DNA of 64,000 nt, from the NCBI RefSeq assembly GCF_032062105.1, contig NW_026939309.1, positions 434,001 through 498,000 on the forward strand, read 5' to 3'. Source of the DNA: Saccostrea cucullata. Lineage: Eukaryota. Positions within the stretch are counted from its first letter, which is position 1; every line of letters starts with the position of its first letter. The notes beneath the pieces were generated by a model. The model ran no database searches and was not told the origin of the DNA. It saw only the letters and a program-made list of their open reading frames with translations. Of this stretch, positions 11,301 to 24,940 are shown piece by piece. A program made the position numbers and the translations under genes.

Positions 11301-14300
11301 CTTTCTTTCATTTTAGACCAAATTTAATTGAAAACCATATAGCATTACTTCTGTCTGCATGGATTGGAGCTGGAATTCTAGAGGTAACATTAGTAGAACA
11401 TATTTTATATCAAAATGTAGAAGTACATTTCAACATGGAATAGGGTTTTAGCATGTGTAAACCATTGATGGAACAGATATGTCCTCATTTTTGAAACTAA
11501 AATATTTAATCATGTGGTAAATTGAAGTCTGGAATATTGCTATTTTGTGTAAGAATCATTGCAAAGCGTGTATTATTTTTAATTGGATTATTTTAACACT
11601 GATTTTCAGGCATTAGTAGAAGTGATAATCAGCAGTGACCGTCAACTCTTTGTTCGTGCCACAATCCTCCTCGGTGACCTACTTCATTTAGTAAGTTACT
11701 GTTACAACATAAATGGAGATGTTAAAAAAAGAAAAATGTGATTATATATTCAGCTAAAAATATAAGTGGATTGTTAAAGAAAAATTTCAATTTGATAATA
11801 ATTACTGGATGTGTTTAAGTAATGTTGATTGTTTACAGGCCAGTACCATGCTTCCCCCCGAGTGCTCCCATCACAACCACTGTCTGCCATCTCTCCTGGC
11901 CCTGGCCTCCTCACCTGATCTCAACTCGGCTCAGACATTGTAAGTTTTTATCTCAGACATTGTAAGTGTTTATCTCAGACATTGTAAGTGTTTATCTCAC
12001 CTCGGCTCAGACATTGTAAGTTTTTATCTCAGACATTGTTAGTGTTTATCTCACCTCAGCTCAGACATTGTAAATGTTTATCTCACCTTGGCTCAGACAT
12101 TGTAAGTGTTTATCTCAGACATTGTAAGTGTTTATTTCACCTGTGCTCAGACATTGTAAGTGTTTATCTCAGCTCAGCTCAGACATTGTAAGTGTTTGAC
12201 TTACCTCAGACATTGTAAGTGTTTATCTCAGCTCAGCTCAGACATTGTAAGTGTTTATCTCAGCTCAGCTCAGACATTGTAAGTGTTTATCTCAGCTCAG
12301 ACATTGTAAGTAATTATCTCAGACATTGTAAGTGTTTATCTCAGACATTGTAAGTGTTTATCTCAGCTCAGCTCAGACATTGTAAGTGTTTATCTCAGCT
12401 CAGACATTGTAAGTGTTTATCTCAGACATTGTAAGTGTTTATCTCACTTAAGGTAGGATTCTTCTCATATTTCTAATATTTAAAAATTAATGAAATTTTC
12501 ACAGAATCAAGAAGACAATATCAGTAAGTGATAATATCAGTGAAATTAAATTTGACCGTTTTATATTAGAGGCAAGGTCAGGTCAAGGTCATTATCGTTT
12601 TCCTTGACATTAAGAATAAAAAATAACTGTTGCCAATTATGTGATACCTACTTCTATTTCAAAAGTTTAATGATTGTTCTTTTTGCATAAAAACATATTA
12701 CTATATCGGGTCTATATCGTGATATTACCAAATTTACACAAATAATTTAACTTAACTGGATATTGGCTAATCCGAATTTTCTCTGTTTTTCTTAATTTTT
12801 TAGGATATATTAGTTATTTTCATATGCTTCCTATATTTAACTTTGGGGAATCAAAGTTTTACATAGAAATATATCATTCTTATTTTTACATATAATAAAG
12901 TAGTCTTAAAAATGTACAAAATGATACAAAAACAAAAAGTTTTGATCGTTTACTAGGAGAGAAAAAATACTTTTTATGGATTTTTGGCTCAAATCTGCAC
13001 TTTGATAGGAAGCGTTTAAAAGCTACTAAAGTTCTAGTTTGTTTGAAAAATCATATTTATTTGATATATTTTGAAAGTTTAGTCCCTCATTATTAATGTA
13101 ACTTACATTTGAAAATTTCTCCAAGTCTTAGATTGTGTAAAAATTATAACTAAATTCATTGTTCTATTATAATTTTGAGAGGCAGAAAAGAAGATATTTT
13201 CATACGCCACCATTCCGCCAAAAATATAGTCCCTGCTAGTTTTCAAACGCAGTTTACCGTTTCTATTTAAAGTTGTACAATTGTGATGAGGAAAGAAAAA
13301 TATGGTCTTTTAAATTCCTCACACCTTAATATATAAGACATATAAGCAAATATACTTTGAATGTTTCATCTAGTCAGAAACCAGAGAAGAATCCTACCTT
13401 AAGACATTGTAAGTGTTTATGTCAGCTAAGACATTGTAAGTGTTTATCTCAGACATTGTAAGTGTTTATCTCACCTCAGCTTAGACATTTTATCTTGTGA
13501 TCTCACATTAGCTCAGACTTACTTAATTGTAAGTGATAATCTTTCAATTAAATTGTATTTTACAATTTTTTTATGCTTCACTTTCAATTGAGAGTTTCTA
13601 AGTATGTTCTAATCATTATACCTTGATTGAAGTAGTAGAAATTGTGCCTATTTTTAGAACATAAACTGAATCAAACAGAGCTGTTTCTTTCTCACATTTA
13701 TGACCTGTAATTTTTTTCCAGTCAAGCCCGAGAAGCTATATATTACTTAGAGCGCCTCCACGCCATGAAGAAGCGAGGTCCTGTACCCAGTAGTCTGTAC
13801 CTGGATCAGCTGATTCAGAGGAACGGAGGTCGACCTGTAGGACAGACCAAATTCTACCTGAGGAAGAAATATGACCTTTACATCAATAAAGTAGGTGCTA
13901 TAATCCAGACTTGTCAGATTTTAGGTTTCTGAATTAATGTTGTTTTAGATAAAGTTCATGTTGAAAGCAAGAGTTAGAAAAAATGGAATGCCTCTTTAAA
14001 AAAGTCCCATTCTGACCATTTAAAGTTAATTATATGCTTTTAAAGATAGTCACATTCTCTTGAAAATGACGAACAGAATAAGGCAAAGAAACACAAGCAA
14101 ATTGGATTGAGATGATTTGATTATTGAAATAGTTCCCAGTTTAAGTATGTTTAGCACGTCAAGAAAATTTCTTTTGCTAATTGCAGTCTCCTACGGAGGA
14201 TATGATAGGACAGGCCATTAAAGATTCCAATGTTGTCAACACCAAGGATATCCAGAACTGGGACTGGGAATTAGTGCCAGCTATACTGAAGGTAAGGGAC

Positions 14301-17300
14301 ACACACTCAAGAATTAGTATCAGCTATACTGAAGGTAAGAGGGAATATGACTAGTACCAGCTATACTGAAGGTAATGGATGCACATACAGGGAAATGTAA
14401 AACTTTACTAAGGATAATAAGAATTTTATAATTATGTTTAATTCAGATATCTTTGTATGTGACTATAGATCTGTATGAATTTTTTATTAATTCAGATCTT
14501 GTTTATGACTACAGATCTCATTTTTCCTATTTTCAAATTACAGTGGCCAGAGGAGAAATTAAAGAGACTAGATGACCAGGTTACTTTGAAGTAAGTGATT
14601 GATTGCAAGTAGTGGGACACTTTAACTTATGCACTTGACACACATGGAAATACATATGTACTTGTAAATTGCCATTCTTTCTATTTCTTTCATTTCGGAC
14701 CAAAGATGGAAAGTTTAACAGGAATCTGATGAATGTTTAAATTTCTATTTTCAGGTTTTTCAAGAGGCTTGTACATTTTTACAAACCAACCAATCACCGG
14801 TTTTCGAGACTAGAGGTCAACCACAAACTGGCTCAGATGATGGTACATTCCGGTTGTCTGCTGGTGGACTTCCTCGTGTCAACAGAACAGGTGAGACTAT
14901 TCAGTACACAGGTGGAACTAGGTCTGTCAGTATATCAGATAAACAGTGGATACTTGGCATGAAAGTTACCTTATCTAAACAGCTGATACAGAATCTACAA
15001 GTATTACCAGAACTAAACAGTAAAATGTGAAGATGACGAACAGTGATCAGTGTCATAAACCCAGTAAACAAAAGGAATTTGGAACAAGGCAAATACACAG
15101 ACCCATAAAAACACCAGAGGTACGATCTGCCATGGTACTGTTGTATCAAATCAGTAGAGAGACATAAGCGTCACATAATAATGATCTGTACATTATTATT
15201 TTTGAGAGAAATGTCATTTTATTTACATGACATATTTGTTTTTTGCAGGACGAGGTCCAGAAACTGGCTCTAGATTTTATAGGAGATATAGGGGGATGCA
15301 TGTCTGAGGTTAGTTGTTAATACATGTACTTCATCTTAATTTTATTGTCATTTTGGATTTTAGACCCTTCATATGTACATTCAATTCAGTACAGAGAATG
15401 ACATAATTTTGCATAGAATTCCCAGTAGCATATTAAAGCGTTTGCTCTATTGTTTTGTTTAGATTGCACAGCAGCGTTTGGTGCCAGAGTCGGTACTGAG
15501 TCCAGGGAATGTCATTAACACATGCAGTCAGTTCTACTTTCTGTTTGTGGGCCGATTCTCAGGGACGGTTCTGGGGGACAAATATCTAGAAAAAACTGGT
15601 GTATATCAGTAGTAAGTAACCAAATTAGCAGTGTAAACTATTTGCCAACTAGTGAAGCTAAATGAAATTGAAATAATTATGTCCTTTATTTGTAAGTATT
15701 CAAGTCTGAATACATGTTTGCTGCAAGTATTGTTAATCTGTGAAGAAGTTAACAAAATCATATGATACTTGTACCAGTACTCTAGAGACCAAGTAAGTTT
15801 GCTGTATATATATGAGGCAAAATTGTAGTCCTAATATCCACACTGAACAATCCTTTTTTTTCAGTTTGCTGGATATAGTTTCCATAGCCCCCCAGGACAG
15901 CTTTGTAAAGTTGTCTGTGTCCAGTCTTAACTACAGTAAAGACGGTAATACCAGACCTGTGCTGGCCAAAGCCCTGTGTTCTGCCACTGAGGTAAGCTTA
16001 AAGTCCACATTATTAACATTGATTAACATATTATAACATTAATCATTCATTTACTTGCTTATTGATAAATTCACTGAGTAGTTTCTCTGTTTGAACAGTC
16101 TGCCCGGCTATACTGCACCAAGTTTCTGCGTACGCTGCTGCGGACCAGAGTAGCTGGGTTCAGTACCTGGGGTATGGAGCTTCTGGTGAATCAGCTGTAT
16201 GACCAAAGTAACCAGGTGGCTCAGGCAGCTCTACATGTCCTGGAGGAGGCATGTGATGTACAGGTAAGTTTTATCACCTGAGTATCGTATCACTAATACC
16301 AGGGTAAAGACAGCTCTACATTTCCTGGAGGAGGCGTGTGATGTACATGTAAGTTTTATCACTTAAGTATTGAATCATTGTCAATACTGGGTAAAAGTTT
16401 ATAAGGCACAAATATCTTAATCTTTGGTTTTAAAGAGCCAGCATTAAGCTTTATTAGATAACACAGACTGCATGAAATTCATGCATATACACATATGGTA
16501 CTTAACGATTTATTTCCGCGAACGAGTGGTAACATTTTTTTTAAGGCAAATAAAAATTTTATATCCGCCCACAAACTAGGTAAAATGGTAGCGTGAGGTC
16601 TGCTTACGCATTATTCAAGACATTCTGATCATTGCGTCCGTTTAAAAATCTTATATCCGCCCCTAGAGTAGGTAAAATGTTTACCATGAGTATACTCCAT
16701 ACGCATTTCACAACGCTCAAACGAAAATCGGGGAAAAATGAAGGAGATTAAAATTGATTTAAAACTCTCAATTGTAAAAGTGCCTCATACTAATTGGGTA
16801 ATAACACTAAGATCTACACAGCCAAGGGGCAATTATTATAAATGGTTGAGACAGAGCAGGACTGGGCCGTAATTAGTCTTAATTAACCAGGCTATCTCTG
16901 ACTCGTCTGTAACAATAAATGAACAATAATAATACAAGCTGAAATGATTATTGACATTTTAATCTTTTAGACAAATAGTTTTAGATTTGCCATTCGTTTT
17001 TATTTATTCTGAATGTTTGTAATTAAATTTTTCAACTGCTTCTTGTACACAAACAGTAAAGTTCTTCCGTGATTACTTGTTGAACTGTCGGGATCGGTAT
17101 TGAAAAAGGGGCAAATTAAATAAATCATGATATAATGAACAATGCTAATAAATATCCGCGAGCAGAGGTTACTCGCGGAACTCGCGGATATTTTGTATAA
17201 TACTTGGTTTACAGTACTATGCACCCAAAAAAAAAACAAATGAAGTTATAAAACATTCCAATACAGTATATAATACTAAGTTGTACATTTGCAGCCGTGT

Positions 17301-20300
17301 CTGAATTCCGTCATTAAGTTGAGGCCCCAGTGTCTCCACCTGGGGGAGAGGGGTGTCCTCCTGCTGTGTCGCTTCATGTCCACGTCCAAAGGATTCAAAA
17401 TGCTCAGCGATGCCAACTTCATACACAACGAGGTCCAAAAGTGGGAAAAGGTAACAAAATACCGTATAAGTGGAAATTTTAGCGAGACGCAAATTTAGCG
17501 ATTTGTCCTTAAAATATGGTAATTTCTTTTTAGAGAGAAGTAATTTTAGGGATTTTAAAATGCTCACTAGAAAAGCTATTACAAATTAAAAACAGTTTAT
17601 TTTTAGTGATATTTAATTTTAGCGATCTCAGAACCCTCACTAATGATGCCAAAATTAAATCCTCGCTAAAAATTCCGCTTATACGGTAAACACAAGATTT
17701 ATATGTTAGCTAAATTATGAAAAGTAGTTTAAAATAATTTGTATTTTTGATTGTTTGGTGTACATTAAAAATGTATGATTATTTTCGTAGACCTATAATG
17801 TAAGATATATTCACATTGTGGAGGACTTGCTGAATGAGGCCCTAACTACATACGAGAAAACGTACGAAGGATCCTTTACTCGCAGGTCCAGCAGGAAGTA
17901 AGTCCCGTAAAACTGCTTTAGCTACATAATAATATTACTGATACAGTGATGTCTTAGGTTATATACATTTTGGGCTGCATTTCATTGTGTTACTTTTATT
18001 TTACCAGGAGATCTAACAAGGATGCATATGTGCCAGTCCACTTGTATGGCCAGCTGACTCAACACAAGGAAGGATTCAGCCTTCTACAACAGCAGGTTAC
18101 TGACTATAAGATAAAATATTGAAGCTTAATCCACTTCACTGTATAGGGATATGAACATTAAATTACAAACTCATAACGCATATCAACAATATATATGTCA
18201 TGTTTGTTTTCCCAGTTTTGAGCAAAATAGTTGATTTTATTTTATAGAGTGTTGTTTTTACCCTATCCTACAATCAAACAATTTTGTACCATTTAACACA
18301 ATAATTTTATAGTGCAACATGTGCATTTAGGTTTAATTTAAGTGTAAATTCTTTACAGGACTGTATTGGGGAGTTTTTTAAGTGTATTAAATGCCTGGAG
18401 CTGCATTCTGATGAGGATGTTCTGAAAATGAAGACAGCATTGTGGGCTGTGGTATGTTTACAGATAATTTTCAATTTTCTCTGGCATAGAGAATTTCTTG
18501 CTGTAGAAAAAGAATTAATGAAAATGTGTATAGCTGTAACTGTATAAAACTTCAAAATTAGTGAAAGGATTTTAATTTAAATCTAGAGTTGACAGCAAAT
18601 ATTTTCATCTAGTAATGTTATAATTGGACATCTAGTCATGTTTTGGAGTCATTATTTAGGGCCATATTGGGACATCTACCTGGGGTGTAAATTGGTTGGA
18701 AGAAGAAAGACTCTTACCAGAAATCATCAAACTTGCTGAGGAGAGTGGAGTCTTTTCTATACGAGGGTAATTATGAATCGGATGATAAGCTGATTTGTAT
18801 TTTTGTTACCCCAGATGTATTACAGCAAGTAGTACGTGATAAAAGACTCTAGATTTTGCAGAAAAATTAAATTTTGCTAAAATTATTTCTAATTTAATAA
18901 AATCATTAAGATTAATCTTTTTTCCCCTTCAACAGAACGGCTTTCTACGTGCTGGGACTTCTGACCAGTACAAGGGAGGGGGCGGAGTACCTGACCCAGC
19001 TGGGCTGGGAGTCGTGCTGGCACACCCGTGAGGATCGCTGGCCGGTGGTGGAGGACCGGTCGGAACTTCTGACGGAGCTCCAGGACAGTGATAACGGACG
19101 CTGCGACCTCGAGTCACGTGGAGCCAGTTCTCCCGGCATCTTATCATCCAGTCTCTTCTTTATTGAGGAGGAGAATTCAGCTTTAGACCAAGGTTGTGAG
19201 TCAGGACTTATACACAGCTGTGATCAAAACTCTAACATTGAGGCTTCAATGTTCATTCCAAAGAGGAGTAAAACATTACCCAATGAAATGGCTTTTCATA
19301 AGAGGTACAAGTCCCTACCAAGTAGGACTGCTAATATAAGAAGTTACTCTTTAGGGCATCATGATCGGGACAGAATTATTCGCGATGATCCTAGACTGAT
19401 GACAAGACGATTGAATTCACCCTCCCGGCAGACTGAGGATGTGTTATCAGACAAGTCACAGTTGTCAAGGGCAAGTGAAAGAAAGGAAAGTCCAAAAAAT
19501 ATTCCTGTGATATGTTTATCAGACATGGATTCTGGAACGTTTGAGGGTTCCATGACGGAGGACGTGGACGGGAAGCCTCCTATCTGTGATAATTTTAGTG
19601 CAATGGACGACGAGGGGGAAGGGATTTCTTTTAGTGTCAAAGATAGTGATGAGAAATCTGACAGCTCAGAGACAAAGACTCTGACCAATCAGTCGTTAAA
19701 GAAATCACCAAACCTGCGGGACGGGAGATGTAGCAGTAGTGATAGCTCGCGGACCAGTAACAAAAGTCGCGCGGACAGTTTTAACACAGATTCCACTACT
19801 AGTGGGGTCAGTTCTTGTGAATCTGGCCCACACACCTGTCTTTCATCTGAGTTTATGTCCCTTAGTCCTATAGCCAGTACTAGTTCTATAGACACATTGG
19901 GGGTCACTGGTACATCAGATGCCAGGGACCTCATTCATCCGTCTTCATTCCGACGAAAATCTTTAAATCTAAAACGAGTGCCAAGCCTACGAAATAAACA
20001 AGCCAGTCCTGCCTATGGTATCCTGCCTTCAGCTCAGTTACTTGAGGGGATGACTACAGAGAGTGCTATAATGTACACCACATCACGTGACGCCATGGGA
20101 TACGCCACGTGGCGATCCATCAAGCGTCAGCGTCGCATCAGTTCTGATGTGGAGTCGGACATGGGTCTTAATTCTCTTTACGGAGAGGAGGAGGGGAATG
20201 AGATGATTAGAAAAAACAGTATTGAGTCCAAAATGAGCACCGACACATTCACTTTTCGTTCAAGGTAAGTCATATAGCAAGCAAATGTACATATCTGAAA

Positions 20301-22733
20301 TCTATATTTGGAAAGCATACACTTTATACATTCCAATAATGCATTAAAAAAAAGTTGTAGCTTTCCTTAAAGCCCATCTGAGCCAAAGGCAAAGTAGTTT
20401 GTTTGCTGTGAACTCTTGTTAATGTTTTTTTTATAGTTATAGAATATTTAGTATTTGAATTGGTTGTTAATACATACATAATATCCATGTGCCTGTTTTT
20501 ATTTAGTTCTGGGATTCCACGTAACGCCAGCAGTGTGTCTCTATCTGACCAGGAGAGGGCTGGGACTCCCTATGGGGTGGCCCCTAAAGCTATCCTACTA
20601 CAGAGGAGGCCACACACGGGGGAAGCAGAATTCCTGGGTCTCACCCTGCCAGTAGACATCAACATGATGTTCCAGGTATGCAAGGGAAAATCAGTTTGGT
20701 TTAATTGTTCAAATTATGCAAATATTTTAAAAAATGAAAACTTTTCAATATACAATGATAAAATGTGTAATTTTTAGGTTCATGCAGGAGAGGATCAGAG
20801 ATCTGAGGCTGCCCCAGTAGAGAAAGAGGAGAACAATATGGAACAGAAAAAGAAGCCAAGTAATTATTATTTTACATGTAATTTAACGGGAGTATTCATT
20901 ATTTTATATATGCAATTCTGACAGGGAGATACCATTATTTTACATGCAATTCAAACAGGGAGTAATTATTATTTTACAAGCTATTCTGATAGGATGCAAT
21001 CTTTATTTAAGTTGTAGTTTTTGACATTACGTAATCATTATTTTTTACAAGTAGTTTTTGATAGGGAGTATCATTATTTTACATGTAATTTTGTCATACG
21101 GAAAGTTTTTATTTTGAGATTTTTTTAAGCTAGAGTACATTTATATATGATATAAATACAGAACATAGAGAATAATTTTAATTTTGATGTTTAGATATTT
21201 ATTTACAAAACATTTCTTTATATTAATTTAGGATCTCGGAAGTCATCTAGGATTGTGCCTGCTCTGGAAAGCTTTGAACACGACTCAACAATTTGTCTGC
21301 TGTGTTCTCAGCTTAAACGCCAAGATATCAGTCAAGCAGAGATAGAGGAAGGTAGGTACCATAGTAATAAATAATGGTCGCCGTAATGAAGACATTGCCT
21401 GTTTCATGTTCACCTGTTTTGATGAAGAATGATTGATTGAATGATATAAGGTTAAAGTGGTCATGAAATCTTTACAGTAAGGTGTCAATGTTAAGAAAGT
21501 GAGAAGGTGGGATTTTAAGATGCCCTGATACCTTTTTGTTTGTTTTTGCTGTTATTGTATTATATTCTCTCATAAATCTTCAAAGCTTTACAAGAGGATG
21601 GAGATCTCGAGTCCGTGTCCCTGGATAAGGACCCTGGGAGTCTGAACGCTGCCATCAAACTTCAGAAGGGGTCACGACCCCGGTACAGCAGTATTAACGA
21701 GCCATCCTCAGCCACCCCAGGAAGTGTTACAAGCTGTACAAGCTCAGACTCTCGTAAGCCAATCAAATATTGCCTTACAAAACAAACTACATTAAAAATT
21801 CTAGCAATCTTCCTTACAGATACAATAAAAATAAAATTGAATACTAGTAATCATTGAATTTTTTGACAGATTTTAATTTGGATTAGAATGTTTTCATGAT
21901 TTTTTTAAACCATGTTTTCTTGCAGTGACTGTAAAGATGTCTTATGACAATGTTCATGGGAAAGGGCTGATCAGAAAAGAACTGAGAAAACTGGTGATTA
22001 ACCTGAGTAGTTCTGTGGGACTGAAGGGCTCGGAGCAGGGACTCCTTATGTAAGCTTTGTTTTCCTTAATATTGGACTCTAGTAATACACATACTTGTAG
22101 TTATGAATGACTTAATTTGATTGAAATAACTTTCTGAATTGCTAAAATTTTAGGTCAGTAATTTATTGTTTCATGAAATTCAAGATACTTGAAATGAAAA
22201 TAAAGTTTTATACAGAAAAGTTTAGTTACATGTACTTAGACTTTGTTCTGAAAGCTGTAAGAATGCTATTTCAAAGAAGATGGAATTGGTTCTCAGATTT
22301 TTTTCTTTCCATTTTGAATCAGGTTGAAGCAAAAGTTCCCTGCAGTGTTCAAGGATGTTTGTTTTTACTCTGAAGTTTGTCATCTTTTATCTATATGTTC
22401 ATTCCGACTGAATGCCAGGAGATTTGTACAGGAACTTTTCGAAGATTTCAAAATAAATAAGGTACATTTACATGTGTTACATTATTTAATTAAATACCAA
22501 GTACACTGAAGTTGATTCGAATGTTCAAAGAAATTAAACTGATTTCAGATTGATAAAAGAGCGTTAAGGATGTTTACTATTTCTGCACTGGATGTATGTT
22601 AAGAATTCTTTTTTTGTAGCTGATAGCAGAGCCTTACTCTTTAACTAGTACGGCTGAAGGATCAGAGAAGAATGTGATCCAAGGAAATAAACATGACAAC
22701 CTGGACAGCCTCTCAGAATACAACCAATTCTAA
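5389..22733 (+). CDS. RICTOR: Rapamycin-insensitive companion of mTOR, multi-exon and apparently complete
   Basis: Start MAASGR..HESADENLKLDFSR; CLRVGLFHEAKEVRAAVLRVLRY; DGFVAEEGKCILP; KTALWAVGHIG; large Ser-rich exon ~18935-20264; Zn-binding H..CLLC (~21279-21304) and DVCFYSEVCHLL..FRLNARRFVQELF. Phases are consistent at the junctions checked; stop TAA at 22731-22733. Confidence 0.96.
5953..6002 (-). repeat. Two-copy 27-bp-period repeat containing a minus-strand consensus donor (AAAG|GTAAGA)
   Basis: GTTTCTTACCTTTAATATGTTGA at 5953 and 5980. Confidence 0.8.
7572..8428. mobile_element. hAT-like MITE with 6-bp TSD (hAT6-like) in a RICTOR intron
   Basis: 17-bp perfect TIR CAGTGATTGGGATAAGC; TSD TGTATA at 7566-7571 and 8429-8434. 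Confidence 0.85.
8636..8798 (+). repeat. Tandem repeat of a splice acceptor junction (4 copies)
   Basis: GTGGTATTTTACAG|TTTA ending at 8676, 8728, 8761 and 8794; the last copy is the coding acceptor. Confidence 0.9.
9286..9570 (+). repeat. ~46-bp minisatellite of exon end plus splice donor (~6 copies)
   Basis: ATATGTGAAACAG|GTAAGTTTGGTA.. at 9286, 9332, 9378 and onward. Confidence 0.92.
11929..13490 (+). repeat. 22-32-bp minisatellite of exon end plus donor (~20 copies), interrupted by a Kolobok-like element
   Basis: Core CTCAGACATT|GTAAGTGTTTAT; the true exon ends at 11939; the array resumes at 13403. Confidence 0.92.
12452..13398. mobile_element. Non-autonomous Kolobok-like DNA transposon
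   Basis: 15-bp TIR GGTAGGATTCTTCTC; TTAA TSD at 12448-12451 and 13399-13402; GG..CC termini rather than the CCC termini of piggyBac. Confidence 0.85.
14270..14376 (+). repeat. Triplicated exon end plus donor
   Basis: CAGCTATACTGAAG|GTAA ending at 14291, 14334 and 14371. Confidence 0.85.
16226..16367 (+). repeat. 85-bp-period duplication of exon end plus donor
   Basis: CAGCTCTACAT.TCCTGGAGGAGGC.TGTGATGTACA.|GTAAGTTTTATCAC occurs twice. Confidence 0.88.
17462..17686. mobile_element. Tc1/mariner-type MITE
   Basis: TA|CCGTATAAGTGGAAATTTTAGCGAG ... CTCGCTAAAAATTCCGCTTATACGG|TA. Confidence 0.85.
20860..21095 (+). repeat. Degenerate ~39-bp minisatellite starting at a splice donor
   Basis: About 6 decayed copies of GTAATTATTATTTTACATG, beginning at the GT after the exon end at 20859. 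Confidence 0.7.
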
Positions 22734-24545
22734 CCAAGCCTAGAAATGCTGCAACTCACACTTCAAACTGTTTAGATTTCTCAGAGAGTGTTACTTAATA
22801 TTTAGAAGTAATGAACAGATCTGTTTGTAGGTCATGGATATGTAGATTTCCATTGAATGAAAAGACCCAATAATTTGCAGGTGAAGCTTGACAGTTTGTG
22901 GATTTTCTCTTCTTATCTGTGGAGGATTACATTTTATTGTTTGTGAATCAGTAAATGATTTTTAAACTTAATTTGAAAAAGAATTTATTTTGCTATGTTC
23001 CTGAAAACTGTTTAATAGTTGATGTATAGGTATTCATTCCTCATAGACAAGATATGATTCTCTATTCCAGTAAAATATTGTTAATGTATTGAGTGTTCCT
23101 GATAGAGAAATACTCCACTGTTGTCTGTGCTGGCTTCACAGCACTGGAATTATTGACATTTTGTCTGGAGTATTTTGTACAATTAAAAGGTTGTTGTACG
23201 ACATGTGACTATTCTACATTCTTCTTGATCTCTGTAATTGATAACACTATAATGATAACTTGCTGTAATGTTTATGCCTTTTGTCTGACTTTTGGAATGA
23301 CAGAGATGTTTTTCTTTGAATGAGTGTTTATTGAGGTACATGTATAAATAAGTGCTTAAGAAGTGCTTGATGTTATTTTGTGACTGTTATACAGTTATTG
23401 TTAAATCTAGGGCAAAATGCAAATCCATGGACTGGCCAAACCCGGAGATATTTCATCTACAGATGCTGGTACATAACACTGCTTAATAGAATCTTAATCA
23501 AGTTTTGGGGTGATTGTTTTAGCCTCGGGTAACAAAGAGAGAAGTTTTTGGGCACCATGTTCTTTGTAATTTTTTTTCATGGAAAAATGAATCCCAAAAT
23601 ACATAATTCATGAATTCACTATGCAACTCTCCACTAAACCCAATAAAAATGTTCAGTCCAAGATTGTTGTTTTCCCACTTTACGTTTCAAAGTTAATAAA
23701 TAATCAGGAGAGAGAGTTATAACATCTGTCATTTTTACCACTGTCCAATGTTGGCATTGTTTAACCTTTATTTTTCCTATGTATTTTGGAACACCAATTG
23801 TATTCACATTACTATAATTTACATATTGTGATCACAAGATATTTGTTATTGATGGAAAATTGAAAAATAAACCAATCTACCATACCGATTTATTAGTATT
23901 CCTTTCTGGTGTCCGATAAGAAGTTAAGGTTTCCTTATATTGGAGGAATGACCGAAATTTCTGAAGTGATAATATAGTTACAATTAAAAATACTATTCTT
24001 AGTTTGCCATTTACTCAGAAATTTTGAAAGAAACATTTTTGTCTCATCCTTGCACAAGAAAAGCTTATGATCAGAGGGTATGTCACAACCTCAGAGGATT
24101 GTATTTTTTAAAAGTTCTTGCCCATCTCTTTTACTTTGAATATGATAAACTGTAGATTCTTGAACTTGTCCATATTTGGGTTAAGGTCAGAGGATGTCTC
24201 TGACTGAAATTTGTTAAAAAATTAGTGCTACAGGCATTAAAAACTTTGTCTGTCTTTCACTTCACATGAAGATAAGTTATGTTTATACTTGAAATAACGA
24301 TACAGGTATTGATTCAAAAATGTGAAATATATAAATTCGCTGTTTTTCTAGAAAGCCAAGTTTGAAATTGATTTGAATACCATTTTCGTGTATACTTGAA
24401 AAATATAGAATTATACATGGAGAAACATGCACTAACGTGACGTCACAATGAGGCTACAGAGACGAAAGTAATTTAAACAAAATGATGTACGGCAGCGAGA
24501 AATTCAAGCATAAGAGAATATTTTAGGTGCCTTTAGACATGTAAA

Positions 24546-24547
<2 letters not shown>

Positions 24548-24585
<38 letters not shown>

Positions 24586-24734
24586 TGCTTCAGTTTCTGG
24601 ACGATTATTCATGGGAACAGAATTTTTTAACATTATTTTGTCTCATTAAACTGGTAATTCATATATCCGGACGCTTCACTTATCCGGACAAATTTACTGG
24701 GAACCAAAGCGTCCAGATAAATGAGGCTCCACTG
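24548..24734. mobile_element. Tc1/mariner (pogo/Tigger-like) MITE
   Basis: TA|CAGTGGACCCTCAGATATCCGGACG ... CGTCCAGATAAATGAGGCTCCACTG|TA, with internal ATCCGGA subrepeats. Confidence 0.8.
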
Positions 24735-24940
24735 TATAAGAAACAACATCCAAGCTTGGGGCTAGTCAGGATTCTTCTTTTTTCCTGCTCTGCATTAGGT
24801 ACACATGCACATACAAAAACAAAAACAAATTGCATTAAATGTGATGTTATTTATTTAAATATCACTGAAATGATCACAAACTATCCTTGAAAATAGTTTT
24901 GTACAAACTTTTAAATGTCAGTCACTAATTAATTAACACT

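Noticed and set aside
16497-17216. Additional mariner-like element in a RICTOR intron
   Set aside because: It is CpG-rich and has one TIR-like end (~17216), but I could not find a matching second end or TSD.
19359-19934. Antisense ORFs opposite the large RICTOR exon
   Set aside because: Shadow frames of Ser-rich coding sequence with no independent support.
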